Shown here: one piece after another, positions 18,941 through 28,865 of the stretch
How the letters are laid out: each line of letters begins with the position of its first letter
Numbering within the stretch: position 1 is the first letter of the stretch
Source: an uncultured virus (IMG/VR IMGVR_UViG_3300024239_000354)
Lineage: Duplodnaviria; Heunggongvirae; Uroviricota; Caudoviricetes
Length of the DNA stretch: 64,000 nucleotides
IMG/VR virus record: IMGVR_UViG_3300024239_000354
Strand: one strand, 5' to 3'
The notes under the pieces: model-generated
Databases searched by the model: none
Told to the model about the DNA's origin: nothing
The model's input: the letters and a program-made list of their open reading frames with translations, nothing else
Translations under genes and position numbers: made by a program

Positions 18941-19126
18941 ATGAGCGCATTCAAATTTGGTGAGACTGACGATCCGTTTGAGGAATTACTTTCCCGCGAG
19001 ATCACATATGCCCATTGGTCGGATCAGGAACGCAAGGGACTTAATTTAGCCCTAAAATGGTATGAGGAATATAAACGGGACAAAGCGATTTACGAGGCTG
19101 AAAACAAAACACCTAAGGAAAGATAG
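18941..19126 (+). CDS. hypothetical protein (start uncertain)
   Basis: ORF track frame. Confidence 0.5.
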   Translation: MSAFKFGETDDPFEELLSREITYAHWSDQERKGLNLALKWYEEYKRDKAIYEAENKTPKER

Positions 19127-19685
19127 GCGTCAAATGATGCATATCGGTCGTCACCTTTATGGCTGGAACCGCTTCAACCTTAGTAATGATTTTTGGGTTG
19201 AAAATCACCACAATGGTTTGGTCGGAGAACCCACCGTAACCATGTGACACTAGATAATCCGCGCCTTGATCAACGATGAATTGGCGCACGTCAGAAGATG
19301 TACCCGGTGTCATGCTTTCAAAATTGATCATTAGGTTCATCAACTGTTCAAGGTTGATGGTGCCTTCATATTTGCGTTTAATGTACGCCACCAAGTCACT
19401 CTTCTTCGCTAGTCGATGACGCTTGATGAATTCAAATGCGGTTTCAAGTGAGATGTTCACCGTGTCAATGCTGGTGCCGCTACGAAAAGTCACCAAGAAA
19501 GTCTTTCCACCACCCTTTGCGTATTTGTACGCGGTGGAATAATAATTTGTTAGGTACAAGCCGGGTCCATATTCCATTTGCTTGCTCTTATTTCCGAGCA
19601 TTTCGCGATAAGAATACTCAAGTTCGCGCCCACCATGCCACATAGTAATCAAGTCGCGTTTCTGCTCTATCTCGACTAATCGCAT
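19113..19685 (-). CDS. leader-bearing ART-like protein
   Basis: MRLVEIE leader; MWHGG, YGPGLYLT, AYKYA, VIFNP motifs. Confidence 0.7.
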   Translation of the reverse strand: MRLVEIEQKRDLITMWHGGRELEYSYREMLGNKSKQMEYGPGLYLTNYYSTAYKYAKGGGKTFLVTFRSGTSIDTVNISLETAFEFIKRHRLAKKSDLVAYIKRKYEGTINLEQLMNLMINFESMTPGTSSDVRQFIVDQGADYLVSHGYGGFSDQTIVVIFNPKIITKVEAVPAIKVTTDMHHLTPIFP

Positions 19686-19686
19686 A

Positions 19687-20058
19687 TTATTCATCCGCCA
19701 ATTTATAAAAAATATCAATCGATTTGGATTTGTAACCGATGTTCACAAACACAATATCATCTGTATATGGATTTGGATCACTAGGTTTTTCATCCCCGGA
19801 AACTGCTGGTACCAGAACGTTATAAATCCATCCACCGACCAACTCATGGTTTGGTATCCCCGACTTGGGTTCGACAAAAATATCCAAGTCTTTGGTAGAA
19901 AACCCACGTTGTTTTACCGAACCAACAATGGTTGCCGTCAGATCATACTCTGAAAGTAGCGCGGAAATAGTCTTTAAAAACATATTGGCATCATGGATGT
20001 CCCAATGATGTTTGTTTTCAAGAAGTTGTGCAAAATAGCGCATTTCGTCAGCAGACAT
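19687..20058 (-). CDS. leader-bearing Pol-beta-type nucleotidyltransferase-like protein
   Basis: MSADEMRYFAQLLE leader; IVGSV..KDLDIFV, later IDIF. Confidence 0.7.
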   Translation of the reverse strand: MSADEMRYFAQLLENKHHWDIHDANMFLKTISALLSEYDLTATIVGSVKQRGFSTKDLDIFVEPKSGIPNHELVGGWIYNVLVPAVSGDEKPSDPNPYTDDIVFVNIGYKSKSIDIFYKLADE

Positions 20059-20074
20059 GGATACCTCCTAATCT

Positions 20075-21295
20075 TCACCATGCCTTTACGCGGTGAATCT
20101 GGAAATTGGAAATCTGATCAAGATTTCCTTCAGTCGGGAGTGGGTCAAATCCATGGTACTGTTTAAATTGGACGCGGCTATCCCAATTAAAACTGAGCGA
20201 TCCTTTGGTACCAGACGAATTCCAATTAAATTTAGCCGTTATATCCACACCGTTCAACGTGTAGGTGGCTTCTTTATCATTGTGATCGAACAATGCAACA
20301 CAGAGCGGGTTATGTTCAGCAATGAAATACTCTTGATCATTGATTATGATGTCGTCATTGGTGAATCTGTAGTCGTCCGGAATGCGAATGATGTATTCCC
20401 GCTCGTTCTTGTTTGACACATAATCCTTACCACCAATCCGTTCCGGATCATGCACTTCAGACGTGAGAATATGCACCTTGCGTGGATCAACACGAAGGAT
20501 AAACCCTTCACCATTCGAGAAGTATTTTGCCACTGGAATTGAAGCCGTAAATGAGAAGATGCGTCCTTCTGCAATCTTATTCAAACCATTCTTAATAATG
20601 TAGTCACATAGTGCATTGATTACATCCCGGCGATTCATTTCTCGGCTTTGATCACGCTTCCAGATTTCCCCAACAATGTCTTTTAAGTTTGCATGCTGCC
20701 ATAAATCATGAGCGCGGACACCACGATAAATGAAGCTTGGAAGCTTTACTTTCGTGGTCGTTTGCTTGTGGTGATTGTAAAAATTGTAAAGATAGAGAAT
20801 TTGAAGGAATTGGGTGAGGATTTTATCTTCAGTTGTTAACGCATGCTCCCCTCGTACCATAAGAAATGGTTTGTCAGTTTGATCGGAGTTCTTGATGAAT
20901 TGAATGTGAAATTTTCCTATTAATTTTTCACGCACAAGCATGGCGATAAACCGTGTTTGCCACATCACGTCAGGAAACACTTGTTGCCCCGCGCGAGGTT
21001 GATCGAGGTTGATATGGGCAATGCCATGGAGTAACGAAGTAGATGTACTGTCACGCCAATTATTGATTGCGGTTTGAACCACTCGTTGGTAACGCGGGTA
21101 TTCCAATCCAACATAACCACAAAGCTCTTCCTCAGTAGTGAACCCATGTGTCACTGCTTGCTTTATCGCATCGATGAAAAGTGTCCAATCGGTGAATTTC
21201 ACCGCACCGTTGAAGGGGGTAAAGTCATTTTCCATTAAATAATTATTGGCGGTTTCAAGAAGCTTTACAAAGCGACGCATTTCATCAGCAGACAT
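20075..21295 (-). CDS. leader-bearing ADP-ribosyltransferase-like protein (R-S-E clade)
   Basis: MSADEMRRFVKLLE leader; IYRGV, FSFT..VAKYFS, NEREYII. Confidence 0.72.
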   Translation of the reverse strand: MSADEMRRFVKLLETANNYLMENDFTPFNGAVKFTDWTLFIDAIKQAVTHGFTTEEELCGYVGLEYPRYQRVVQTAINNWRDSTSTSLLHGIAHINLDQPRAGQQVFPDVMWQTRFIAMLVREKLIGKFHIQFIKNSDQTDKPFLMVRGEHALTTEDKILTQFLQILYLYNFYNHHKQTTTKVKLPSFIYRGVRAHDLWQHANLKDIVGEIWKRDQSREMNRRDVINALCDYIIKNGLNKIAEGRIFSFTASIPVAKYFSNGEGFILRVDPRKVHILTSEVHDPERIGGKDYVSNKNEREYIIRIPDDYRFTNDDIIINDQEYFIAEHNPLCVALFDHNDKEATYTLNGVDITAKFNWNSSGTKGSLSFNWDSRVQFKQYHGFDPLPTEGNLDQISNFQIHRVKAW

Positions 21296-21336
21296 AGATT
21301 CTTCCTAATAATTCATCAACGATGCCTTATACGCAA

Positions 21337-21564
21337 TTATTGTGGCAGGCGAGGCACACCAATTTCCTCATTTTTTGCCTTAACAAATACTGCCGTTGCG
21401 GCGAGAACTGCCTGTGCCAGATCGTGTAGTTCTTCCCTCTCGTGGAGGTCTGGATGTGTACGCTTCACTGCATCTATAAGCTCTTTTAACGCATCGGTTG
21501 TGGATATGTGATGGTTGTTATCACTTTCTAAAAGATTGATTAATTTTCGCATCTGCTCGCGCAT
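21337..21564 (-). CDS. small leader-bearing protein
   Basis: MREQMRKLINLLES; TAAATA at 21593-21598. Confidence 0.7.
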   Translation of the reverse strand: MREQMRKLINLLESDNNHHISTTDALKELIDAVKRTHPDLHEREELHDLAQAVLAATAVFVKAKNEEIGVPRLPQ

Positions 21565-21640
21565 GTAATTTTCCTTCACAATACATTTGATGTATTTATC
21601 CAACAGATGTGCAGTGACCGGATGCGTACTAAATAGGATC

Positions 21641-22552
21641 ATGCGTATTGTAGAAATCACCACCAAAGCAAAGCCCGGTTTCGTCACACTTTTTCGTGGC
21701 GATTCACAGGGCATCAAAACCTTCAGTTTGAGCAAAGCCGATCCGATGGCTTTGTTTGGGCAAGGCATCTACCTGACTGACAATAAGCGCGTGGCCAACG
21801 ACTATATGGCGAAAGGCGCTCAAACTGGCGGTGACATCATCTATAAATTTGCGGGTGGATCAAAAACCACAAAGCAAGAAGCCATTGACCACTGGATTTA
21901 TGAGAAAGCCAAGTGGATGAATCTTGATGGAACCCTTGAAACAGGAATACACACCTGGGGTCGGAACGGGTTGGAATTCTCAAACGGCACTAAATGGGGT
22001 AATTTAACCAACAACGTGGCGCAGGAAGAATACGCAAAGCGTATCGAACTTGCCACTGAGCTATGGAAGAAACTTGCCCCCACCGTGGAGGTACGTAAAC
22101 AACTGGACGGTGATATAGTCATCCGTAAGAAGAAACATAGTGGTCAAGTTGCGGTATTCGAGCTACCTGAGGCGATAGTCAACAACTGTCTCAATGCTGA
22201 TGAGGAAATCCCCGAAAAAGTCGTTGATCTCTTGAATGATATTCTTGTGCGGGTAGGGGATCGCGGCACTGCCCGCGCCATGATGGATTTCATCAAGCAG
22301 TACGAGCGGCAAGGTATTGAAGACGACCCTGATAGTGGAAGTGGATTCCTCCCGTCATTCCGGCGTGTATGGACATCCATCACCGCTGATAGTCCATTGC
22401 ACGACAATCAGACGGGCATTCGGCGCGGTTTGAAAGACCTCGGCTACACCGGGATAAAATACCTTGGGGGCATTAGTATGGGCGGTGGTTACAAGCACAG
22501 CGCCTATGTGTTCTGGGATGAGAACCAGATCAACAAATTCCGGGTGAAGTAA
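21641..22552 (+). CDS. leader-bearing ART-like protein
   Basis: MRIVEI leader; LFRGD, FGQGIYLTD, GYTGIKY, YVFWD; TAAATA 5 nt upstream. Confidence 0.72.
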   Translation: MRIVEITTKAKPGFVTLFRGDSQGIKTFSLSKADPMALFGQGIYLTDNKRVANDYMAKGAQTGGDIIYKFAGGSKTTKQEAIDHWIYEKAKWMNLDGTLETGIHTWGRNGLEFSNGTKWGNLTNNVAQEEYAKRIELATELWKKLAPTVEVRKQLDGDIVIRKKKHSGQVAVFELPEAIVNNCLNADEEIPEKVVDLLNDILVRVGDRGTARAMMDFIKQYERQGIEDDPDSGSGFLPSFRRVWTSITADSPLHDNQTGIRRGLKDLGYTGIKYLGGISMGGGYKHSAYVFWDENQINKFRVK

Positions 22553-22635
22553 GTTTCTCTTGCCAACGATTTTTTCCCATGGCAACGTAGTGGGGCGATG
22601 CATACTCGTGTCGCCAGACTTGTGGAGAGATTTTG

Positions 22636-22839
22636 ATGGCTTCTGGTACGGTTAAGTGGTTCAATACCACCAAGGGTTTTGGTTTCATTCAGCCTTCTGA
22701 CGGCGGTAATGATGTTTTCGTTCACATCACGGCGGTGCAGAAAGCCGGTCTGACCGACCTGAAGGAAGGGCAGAAGCTCTCCTATGAATTGGAAACCTCG
22801 CGGGGTAAGACCTCGGCAGGCAACCTCAAGCTGGCTTGA
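22636..22839 (+). CDS. cspA: cold-shock protein
   Basis: GTVKWFN, KGFGFI (RNP1), VFVH (RNP2); GGAG RBS. Confidence 0.95.
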   Translation: MASGTVKWFNTTKGFGFIQPSDGGNDVFVHITAVQKAGLTDLKEGQKLSYELETSRGKTSAGNLKLA

Positions 22840-22905
22840 TGCGAAACGCATGATCCGGTATAAGTAATACCTCGATCATGCTCACCGCAGTTGGCGTGTG
22901 GAAAA

Positions 22906-22936
22906 GTGGCGAAGTTGCAACTTCGCCACCTTTTTA
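22906..22936 (+). terminator. intrinsic terminator
   Basis: GTGGCGAAGTTG/CAACTTCGCCAC followed by a T-run. Confidence 0.75.
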
Positions 22937-23031
22937 TTGCCTAAAATAATTCATGAATTACAAAACTCAGACTTGCCCACTTATATAATCCATGGTAGTA
23001 ACCACTTTCTAACTCACTAGGGGAACGCCAG

Positions 23032-23526
23032 ATGATTACGCTCGGTTCTGTGGTAAGGGATTCGATCACCAAGTTCGAGGGTGTCGCGGTTCGACGCATC
23101 CGCTGGCTCTATGGATGTATCCATATCGCGGTACAGCCGACCGAACTGAAGGACGGGTCGCCCGTTCTGGATGAATTGTTCGATGAGCAGCGCATCGAAG
23201 TCATTACCGCCGCTGGAACCAATGACGGGTTCGCCAAGCTCTATGAGCGTATCAGCGACGCCGAGACTGAGAACCTGATGGGTTCGGTCATGCGTGACAC
23301 GATCACGGGTTTCCAGGGCATGGCTATCGGCGTTGCCGAGTATCTGAATGGTATGCGCCGTTATGCCATTCAGCCCCAGGAACTTCGTGACGGCAAGCTG
23401 ATCGATGCGGTGTGGTTCGATGAAGGGCGCCTGGAACTTCTGGAAAAGAAGGAACCTCAGGTCAGTAAGGACAGCACTGCCACGTCGGGATGCGTGGTGG
23501 TGCGGAACGCGGCTCCCCGTGATTAA
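23032..23526 (+). CDS. hypothetical protein with tandem internal duplication
   Basis: Two copies of GSVxRDxITxFxGxA..QPxELxDG..FDExR. Confidence 0.8.
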   Translation: MITLGSVVRDSITKFEGVAVRRIRWLYGCIHIAVQPTELKDGSPVLDELFDEQRIEVITAAGTNDGFAKLYERISDAETENLMGSVMRDTITGFQGMAIGVAEYLNGMRRYAIQPQELRDGKLIDAVWFDEGRLELLEKKEPQVSKDSTATSGCVVVRNAAPRD

Positions 23527-23540
23527 ACATGGGGCAAACG

Positions 23541-23568
23541 AAGGGCGGGAGATTTCTCCCGCCCTTTT
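23541..23568. terminator. intrinsic terminator
   Basis: AAGGGCGGGAG-attt-CTCCCGCCCTTTT. Confidence 0.75.
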
Positions 23569-23707
23569 CATTTATATCACCCGAACTATTGAGTTATTCG
23601 CTAATGGGGATGCCCTGGGAATTTTGACATCCGGAATTGATACGATCTTATAACGAGCGGATAACGTACCGTGATAAAGCGGGGCATCTCGCCCCTCGGT
23701 AATTACC

Positions 23708-24319
23708 TCATTCATTTTCATCGGACATCTCGTCATTGAGGTCAAAACAATACCGCGCCTGAATTACCGCTTTGCTGAATACACACATCTGCCCGCTACC
23801 ATCCTCATCAGTCTGAACGAATAACGCCTTGGCGTTCCGCTTGATGGTCTTAACCACCTTGGACATGATCGGGGCTTGTTCGCGGATGGAATCGCTATGG
23901 GCTTCCAGGCGTTTCTTCAGCAGCCCGCCAGCCGTATTCTCATCACCATTCACAAAGTCCATGTGGTTGATGTGCAAAATAGACTCCGGATCAACTGACG
24001 ATACGACAATTGTTGACCCATACCGCTTTGCCCAATCAAGACGGTTGGTCACATAAACACCGAACCCCCAATTGGACATACCCTCATAAGTGCGGCGGAT
24101 AGTGAATTCGAAGTTTGAGGTAATTCGATAAATGCGGTTGGTATACTTAAACAGAGCATTGATTTCGTCCGGAAGGTCTGCCGAAGGGCGTGACCACACA
24201 TTACCCAGAAACCGCGTGGACATTCCGTTAGACTGACCTCGGAACCAGAAATTCCCGAAGGCGGGTTCCGCCCCCGCATTTTCCAATAACATCACAAGAC
24301 GGCGCATTTCATCAGACAC
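23708..24319 (-). CDS. leader-bearing ART-like protein
   Basis: GTG start with GGAG RBS gives MSDEMRRLVMLLENAG; WFRGQ, WGFGVYVT, WAKRYG. Confidence 0.7.
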   Translation of the reverse strand: MSDEMRRLVMLLENAGAEPAFGNFWFRGQSNGMSTRFLGNVWSRPSADLPDEINALFKYTNRIYRITSNFEFTIRRTYEGMSNWGFGVYVTNRLDWAKRYGSTIVVSSVDPESILHINHMDFVNGDENTAGGLLKKRLEAHSDSIREQAPIMSKVVKTIKRNAKALFVQTDEDGSGQMCVFSKAVIQARYCFDLNDEMSDENE

Positions 24320-25505
24320 GATTAGTCTCCACTTTGTTGATCTTAATATGTTGATCATCGAAGATGACATAATTGTATGTCCCCCGTCCGAAACCACGGC
24401 TGATCGCATCAAGGTATTTAATGCCAGGGACGCCAACATCCAACAGCGCCAATGATGCCGCCTTGTCCGACCCAACCGCTTTGGACAATGCATTGTAAGC
24501 GTCCTCGCCCGTCGCCGAAAATCCAATTCGGGTAATACCGTGTTGATGTAGGAGATCAGTTACTTTATCAAAACATGATTGCTTGTCGAGCGGGTCATTC
24601 CAATACAGGAAATCCTCCGAATCTGGTAGATTGACGTGATACAAATACTTTTGCATATTGGCACGTTCATCCATTAGTCTATCGTATTCGGCGGCCAACT
24701 CATACCCACGCGGATCACTATATTGGCGGTACCCTTTCTCATACTTTCGCATTTCCCGCACAAGATCGCCCATTTTTTTGTTAATCGCCGCAAGTGCATC
24801 CATATCATAGACTTCATCACGATAGTATTCTGCGACCTCCTTGGCAGTGGCGAAATATAAACCCCATCCGTAATGTTGATTACCTTCCCCGCTACCAATT
24901 TTACTGGTACTGAATTGATCCACTCTATGGGGACTACCATGCCAGAGGTCTTCCGAGAGCCACGGAGGGTTATATCGCCCGGTCTTGATAAAACGTTCAA
25001 TTGTTTCCGGGTTATCGATCATGAAGTAAACCTGATCCGCTAGTTTTCCGTGTATTTGTTTCACTTGGTGAGGTTGCTCTAAATCAATGGAAATTATACG
25101 AACATCACCAAACATATCAGCCAAAATACGCGCACCTTTATGTGCGTCACGCATAGTCAATGCATCAATAGATATTTCTTTTTTTCGCGATCCATAATAC
25201 GCACGAACCCAGCCGCGTTCTCCTAATTCTTTAGTGATTAACGCAAACCAATTAGCGGGATAACTTCCCTTACCGCTTTCAATTTTGGTACGAATTTTCT
25301 CTGGAATGAGAGAGGTGAAATCAACACCAAATAAATCCTGATTTGCAAGCACGAACCGGTTATGTTCGGGGTCACACTTGATCATACGCCCGTCTCGAAT
25401 GTTGATCCAAAATTTGTTATGCAATGCAGGTTTTTCAGTGGTTTCCTCTACTCGGGTAATTCCTTCGAGCAGGGTTATCATCTTACGAATTTCTTCAGCA
25501 GACAT
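24312..25505 (-). CDS. leader-bearing two-domain protein (unknown domain B plus polyvalent-protein ART-like domain)
   Basis: MSAEEIRKMITLLE; FWIN..H..GWVR; WHGSPH..GEGNQHYGWGLYFA..GIKYLD..NYVIFD. Confidence 0.8.
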   Translation of the reverse strand: MSAEEIRKMITLLEGITRVEETTEKPALHNKFWINIRDGRMIKCDPEHNRFVLANQDLFGVDFTSLIPEKIRTKIESGKGSYPANWFALITKELGERGWVRAYYGSRKKEISIDALTMRDAHKGARILADMFGDVRIISIDLEQPHQVKQIHGKLADQVYFMIDNPETIERFIKTGRYNPPWLSEDLWHGSPHRVDQFSTSKIGSGEGNQHYGWGLYFATAKEVAEYYRDEVYDMDALAAINKKMGDLVREMRKYEKGYRQYSDPRGYELAAEYDRLMDERANMQKYLYHVNLPDSEDFLYWNDPLDKQSCFDKVTDLLHQHGITRIGFSATGEDAYNALSKAVGSDKAASLALLDVGVPGIKYLDAISRGFGRGTYNYVIFDDQHIKINKVETNRV

Positions 25506-25649
25506 TCAAATACCTCCAAGCGTCTGGGTATTTAGCTCGAAATGCTTCTCTGAGAAAGAAATTGCATGACCAAAAGGATGACGGATACAACCACCAAGAC
25601 AGCGCGATAATTTCAGGGCTGTAGCCACGATAACTTCAATGGTGAAACC

Positions 25650-26315
25650 ATGCGTGATCTACGCGACGCCTTCAAAGGCACCAATCCAGCAATGCCCCCG
25701 TTGACGTTAGTCAACACCGTCATCGACCGAATCTTCAAGCATCCCGACGCCGAATTTGTGGCTACCTGTGCGGTAAATGATACCGGTAAATCCTTTGTCG
25801 ATCTTCGAGAAGACGTGTGCGGGTTGTTAGTTCAACCGGTGTACCGTCTCGGGTTCCGGATGTACTTCATCAACCTAATGCTGAAACATCAGAACCAGCT
25901 TGCGACCAACTATAAGGATTTCTACAGCTTCCTGGCTTACGTCGTACATACGTACACTACCAACAAACATGAAATGAACGATGATTTGCGGGGCGCATGC
26001 AAGGTATTCATGAATGCATTGTATGGATGTATTAATCATCCACAATGCCTCCTGAAATCACGTCCAGATTTTCGCACTTTTGTGTCAAAAGCGGGAGCAA
26101 CCATCACGGAGCAACTGTTTGGAATGCGGCACGCAATCTACGCGGATTGCGATGAAGTGTTCTTCACTGGTTGTCGCCCGGACGATATCCAACGTGGTGC
26201 CGAAGGTTTTGGTATCCGGTTCGACATCGATACGTTTAAGAATGGCGTGTTCTTCCAAAAGAAGAAATTTTGCCTGAACGTAGGGGAAGCACACGGCTTC
26301 CGCCGCTACAACTGA
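25650..26315 (+). CDS. family B DNA polymerase-like fragment (degenerate palm/fingers)
   Basis: KVFMNALYG resembles KxxxNSxYG; YADCDEVF resembles YGDTDS; KKKF; only 221 aa. Confidence 0.6.
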   Translation: MRDLRDAFKGTNPAMPPLTLVNTVIDRIFKHPDAEFVATCAVNDTGKSFVDLREDVCGLLVQPVYRLGFRMYFINLMLKHQNQLATNYKDFYSFLAYVVHTYTTNKHEMNDDLRGACKVFMNALYGCINHPQCLLKSRPDFRTFVSKAGATITEQLFGMRHAIYADCDEVFFTGCRPDDIQRGAEGFGIRFDIDTFKNGVFFQKKKFCLNVGEAHGFRRYN

Positions 26316-26495
26316 GGTTCCCGTGACCAAGAATTTAGCTCACATCATCGTCATCGCGTGCATGCTTATTCAGGGTTTGATGGGCGTATTCTTCGCATAC
26401 GTATTTGGCCCATATGAGGACAATATTCGTATGTTTGGTTTCACGATGCTCGCCCTTGGGGCGGGTGCCGCATGGTTCTCCTGGGTGAACAGAAA

Positions 26496-27056
26496 ATGAC
26501 CGGAAATTATCACACCAAACATCAAGCATACTTCGACCTCGACAAAGAGCAGGAAGCCTTGGTTGACAGCCTGGGTGACCAACTCCGTGATGCCATGGAT
26601 GCGGTACCGTGCTTCAAAACCTCTGATGAGGTGAAAACCTTCATCAGTGATTACGCAGCCCGCCATCATATCTCCGAAGAGATCATGACCAGTGCGCTAA
26701 ATTTCGCGGTCAATCGAAAACACGGTGGTGAATATTATCCGGCGCGTTACATTGAACGTGTAGTTGTTCAATCCTACGGGCGTAGAGTGCTGATGCTTAC
26801 GACGATCTGGTACCTCGCATTACCGGTCGGCGCCTTCCTTCAAGGGGCTGGATGGTATTCGTTGCTGGCGCTGCTGGCGGCATGGCTATTGCCTGCACTA
26901 TATCTGCTAGGCATAGCGGCACTACTAGGGACAAATCGTAATTTCTACGGGCAGTTGGCTTACGCACAAGGTATATATGCGTTGATCCCGTTTGTAGGTA
27001 CTTATCTCGCCGTTACATCCCGATTAATGTGGCGTTGGCGAGAAAATCCCCACTGA
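26496..27056 (+). CDS. hypothetical membrane protein
   Basis: Three hydrophobic C-terminal segments. Confidence 0.7.
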   Translation: MTGNYHTKHQAYFDLDKEQEALVDSLGDQLRDAMDAVPCFKTSDEVKTFISDYAARHHISEEIMTSALNFAVNRKHGGEYYPARYIERVVVQSYGRRVLMLTTIWYLALPVGAFLQGAGWYSLLALLAAWLLPALYLLGIAALLGTNRNFYGQLAYAQGIYALIPFVGTYLAVTSRLMWRWRENPH

Positions 27057-27058
27057 CA

Positions 27059-27085
27059 AAAACGCCCGGTATTACCGGGCGTTTT
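27059..27085. terminator. bidirectional terminator
   Basis: AAAACGCCCGGTA-t-TACCGGGCGTTTT at convergent gene ends. Confidence 0.75.
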
Positions 27086-27629
27086 CCCATTTCTCGCGCC
27101 ACTCGGCGGCGCGTTGTGACACATCTTTGAGGTGCTGTTTCACCATTGATGGTTTCCAATTTACTAGATATCGGTCATCGGTCACTGGTGTAACAATTAC
27201 AGGTTCCCACCCAAATTGATCGGCTGTCAAATCAATAATGGTCGCACCATCAGTCAACCAATAATGATCGTGCCATTTCCCGTTCTTATCAATCATTCCG
27301 CCTACACCATCTTCTGCTGCAAACGCGGTTGCCGGTCTACCGTTCTTTTTGTCCCATCCGGGATCAAGTAGATGAAAATCTGCAAAACCTGCAACAACCG
27401 ACCATTTGTGCCCGGTCATTTCATCCAAAATCGGTTTCAAAAATGCGGCAGTGAAACGGCACATTCCAAGTGCTACTCTTTCACGATTTTCCCAACCAGA
27501 ACGACGTGAGGTTTTCCATGCACCCCATAACGGTTCAAGAAAATTTCGAACCATACGAAGCGTTTCCATATCAACACTACCCGCATTTTCCACCAATAGA
27601 GCCAGACGACGCATATCTTCAACAGACAT
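27072..27629 (-). CDS. leader-bearing Cys-His-Asp (papain/transglutaminase-like) protein
   Basis: MSVEDMRRLALLVE; GMCRF, DHYW, IIDLTADQF. Confidence 0.7.
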   Translation of the reverse strand: MSVEDMRRLALLVENAGSVDMETLRMVRNFLEPLWGAWKTSRRSGWENRERVALGMCRFTAAFLKPILDEMTGHKWSVVAGFADFHLLDPGWDKKNGRPATAFAAEDGVGGMIDKNGKWHDHYWLTDGATIIDLTADQFGWEPVIVTPVTDDRYLVNWKPSMVKQHLKDVSQRAAEWREKWENAR

Positions 27630-27697
27630 ACTCACCCCCATCATAATTTATTGCATATTTCATAAAAATATTACTATCTGGGCGCCCAGGTTGATTT

Positions 27698-28162
27698 TTA
27701 ATACAGGGTATCGGGATCAACACGAGCGCGGAACTCGACCATTTTGATCCGGGCTGCTTCCAAACCTTTCATCAGGATCGGATAGAAAGCACTTTCCTCA
27801 AGGGGACCGGCGTTCTGGGCAAAGAACCCAAACCCCCCACCACCCTGTCGGGTAAAGCAGGATTCCGTCCCAAACCCGCATTCAAATGTGGTGATCTCAT
27901 ACCGGTCCAACTGCAACTGCTGGACTAATTCTTGATGGATTGCATGATGTCCGTCCCATAGATATGGTGTTCCATCCTTCACGAGAATGCCACGAAGCGA
28001 CACGCTGTCGATGTCACAATTGTTCTTGTACAATGGGATTAGAATGCGGTTACATTCTCCTTCAATTACCTTGGCTGATGGTTTCGTGAGCAATCGCATC
28101 CAATTATTCCCAATATGTAGGGTGTCAACCGTTTTTTCAGTAAGTATTTCAGCTAGTTTCAT
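27698..28162 (-). CDS. leader-bearing protein, unknown domain A (alternative start 28177)
   Basis: MKLAEILTE; LRGIL..YLWDG..IH; TAAATA at 28185-28190. Confidence 0.7.
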   Translation of the reverse strand: MKLAEILTEKTVDTLHIGNNWMRLLTKPSAKVIEGECNRILIPLYKNNCDIDSVSLRGILVKDGTPYLWDGHHAIHQELVQQLQLDRYEITTFECGFGTESCFTRQGGGGFGFFAQNAGPLEESAFYPILMKGLEAARIKMVEFRARVDPDTLY

Positions 28163-28204
28163 CCGATGCCTCTTCATTTACACATATTTAGGCGCTACCT
28201 AGCC

Positions 28205-28235
28205 TTGACAAATACCATAAAAACTGTATATTAAT
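28205..28235 (+). promoter_or_regulatory. sigma70-like promoter
   Basis: TTGACA followed by TATATT/TATTAA at -10 spacing. Confidence 0.6.
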
Positions 28236-28239
28236 GCCT

Positions 28240-28325
28240 GTAACCGAGAAGCCCCTGCCGGGGTCGCAAGATACGGTTGGTCAACGCATCTCACGATGCA
28301 GATCAACCCAACCGCACTCGGTTAA
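28240..28325 (+). ncRNA. candidate structured small RNA
   Basis: Nested stems TAACCGAG/CTCGGTTA, GCCCC/GGGGT, CGGTTGG/CCAACCG, GCATC/GATGC between a promoter and a terminator; no convincing ORF. Confidence 0.55.
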
Positions 28326-28327
28326 AG

Positions 28328-28361
28328 AAAACCCCAGGTCGATGCATCGACCTGGGGTTTT
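28328..28361. terminator. bidirectional terminator (perfect 34-nt palindrome)
   Basis: AAAACCCCAGGTCGATGCATCGACCTGGGGTTTT. Confidence 0.85.
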
Positions 28362-28410
28362 CGCTTTGTTGAACTTGTGGATTTGTTTGTAATTTGTAAG
28401 CTAAAATCCC

Positions 28411-28860
28411 TCAGTACGTATGCTCTATTCGTTTTTCTTGTAATGACGAATCATATGGATCATAGGGGTATAACTCAACTGTTTTTCCAGCATACAAACG
28501 CTGAAGGAATGGACACGTTTTCAAGATGTTCATTTCCTCAGTAATTAACTGATCATCTGAACGTGGTGGTAAACCACTACCAATAGAAGTTATTCCAAGA
28601 ATTAGACGACTACACAGACCAATATCCAACCCGAGTTCGGGCGCCATTTGCTCGTGATGATCGTCGTAACTGTCCCAAATGAAAAAATCTTTACCACCAT
28701 CCCACAACCCGCGTACTTCTTTATACGCGGAACGAGTAAGATAGTTCCAAAACTCGGCGGAAGATGGGTTTCGAAGTACGCGAATAGTTCCGATAAACCC
28801 TTCAACCCGAAGGACGCTTTCTGCAAGCGTAATCAAACGCCGCATTTCTTCTGTTGCCAT
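28411..28860 (-). CDS. leader-bearing protein, unknown domain A
   Basis: MATEEMRRLITLAE; RNPS..EVRGL..FIWDS..H. Confidence 0.75.
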   Translation of the reverse strand: MATEEMRRLITLAESVLRVEGFIGTIRVLRNPSSAEFWNYLTRSAYKEVRGLWDGGKDFFIWDSYDDHHEQMAPELGLDIGLCSRLILGITSIGSGLPPRSDDQLITEEMNILKTCPFLQRLYAGKTVELYPYDPYDSSLQEKRIEHTY

Positions 28861-28865
28861 TTCTC

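Noticed and set aside
28240..28325. tRNA interpretation of the structured RNA
   Set aside because: No TTC T-loop, D-loop GG or 7-nt anticodon loop geometry; no tRNA was noticed elsewhere in the window by eye.
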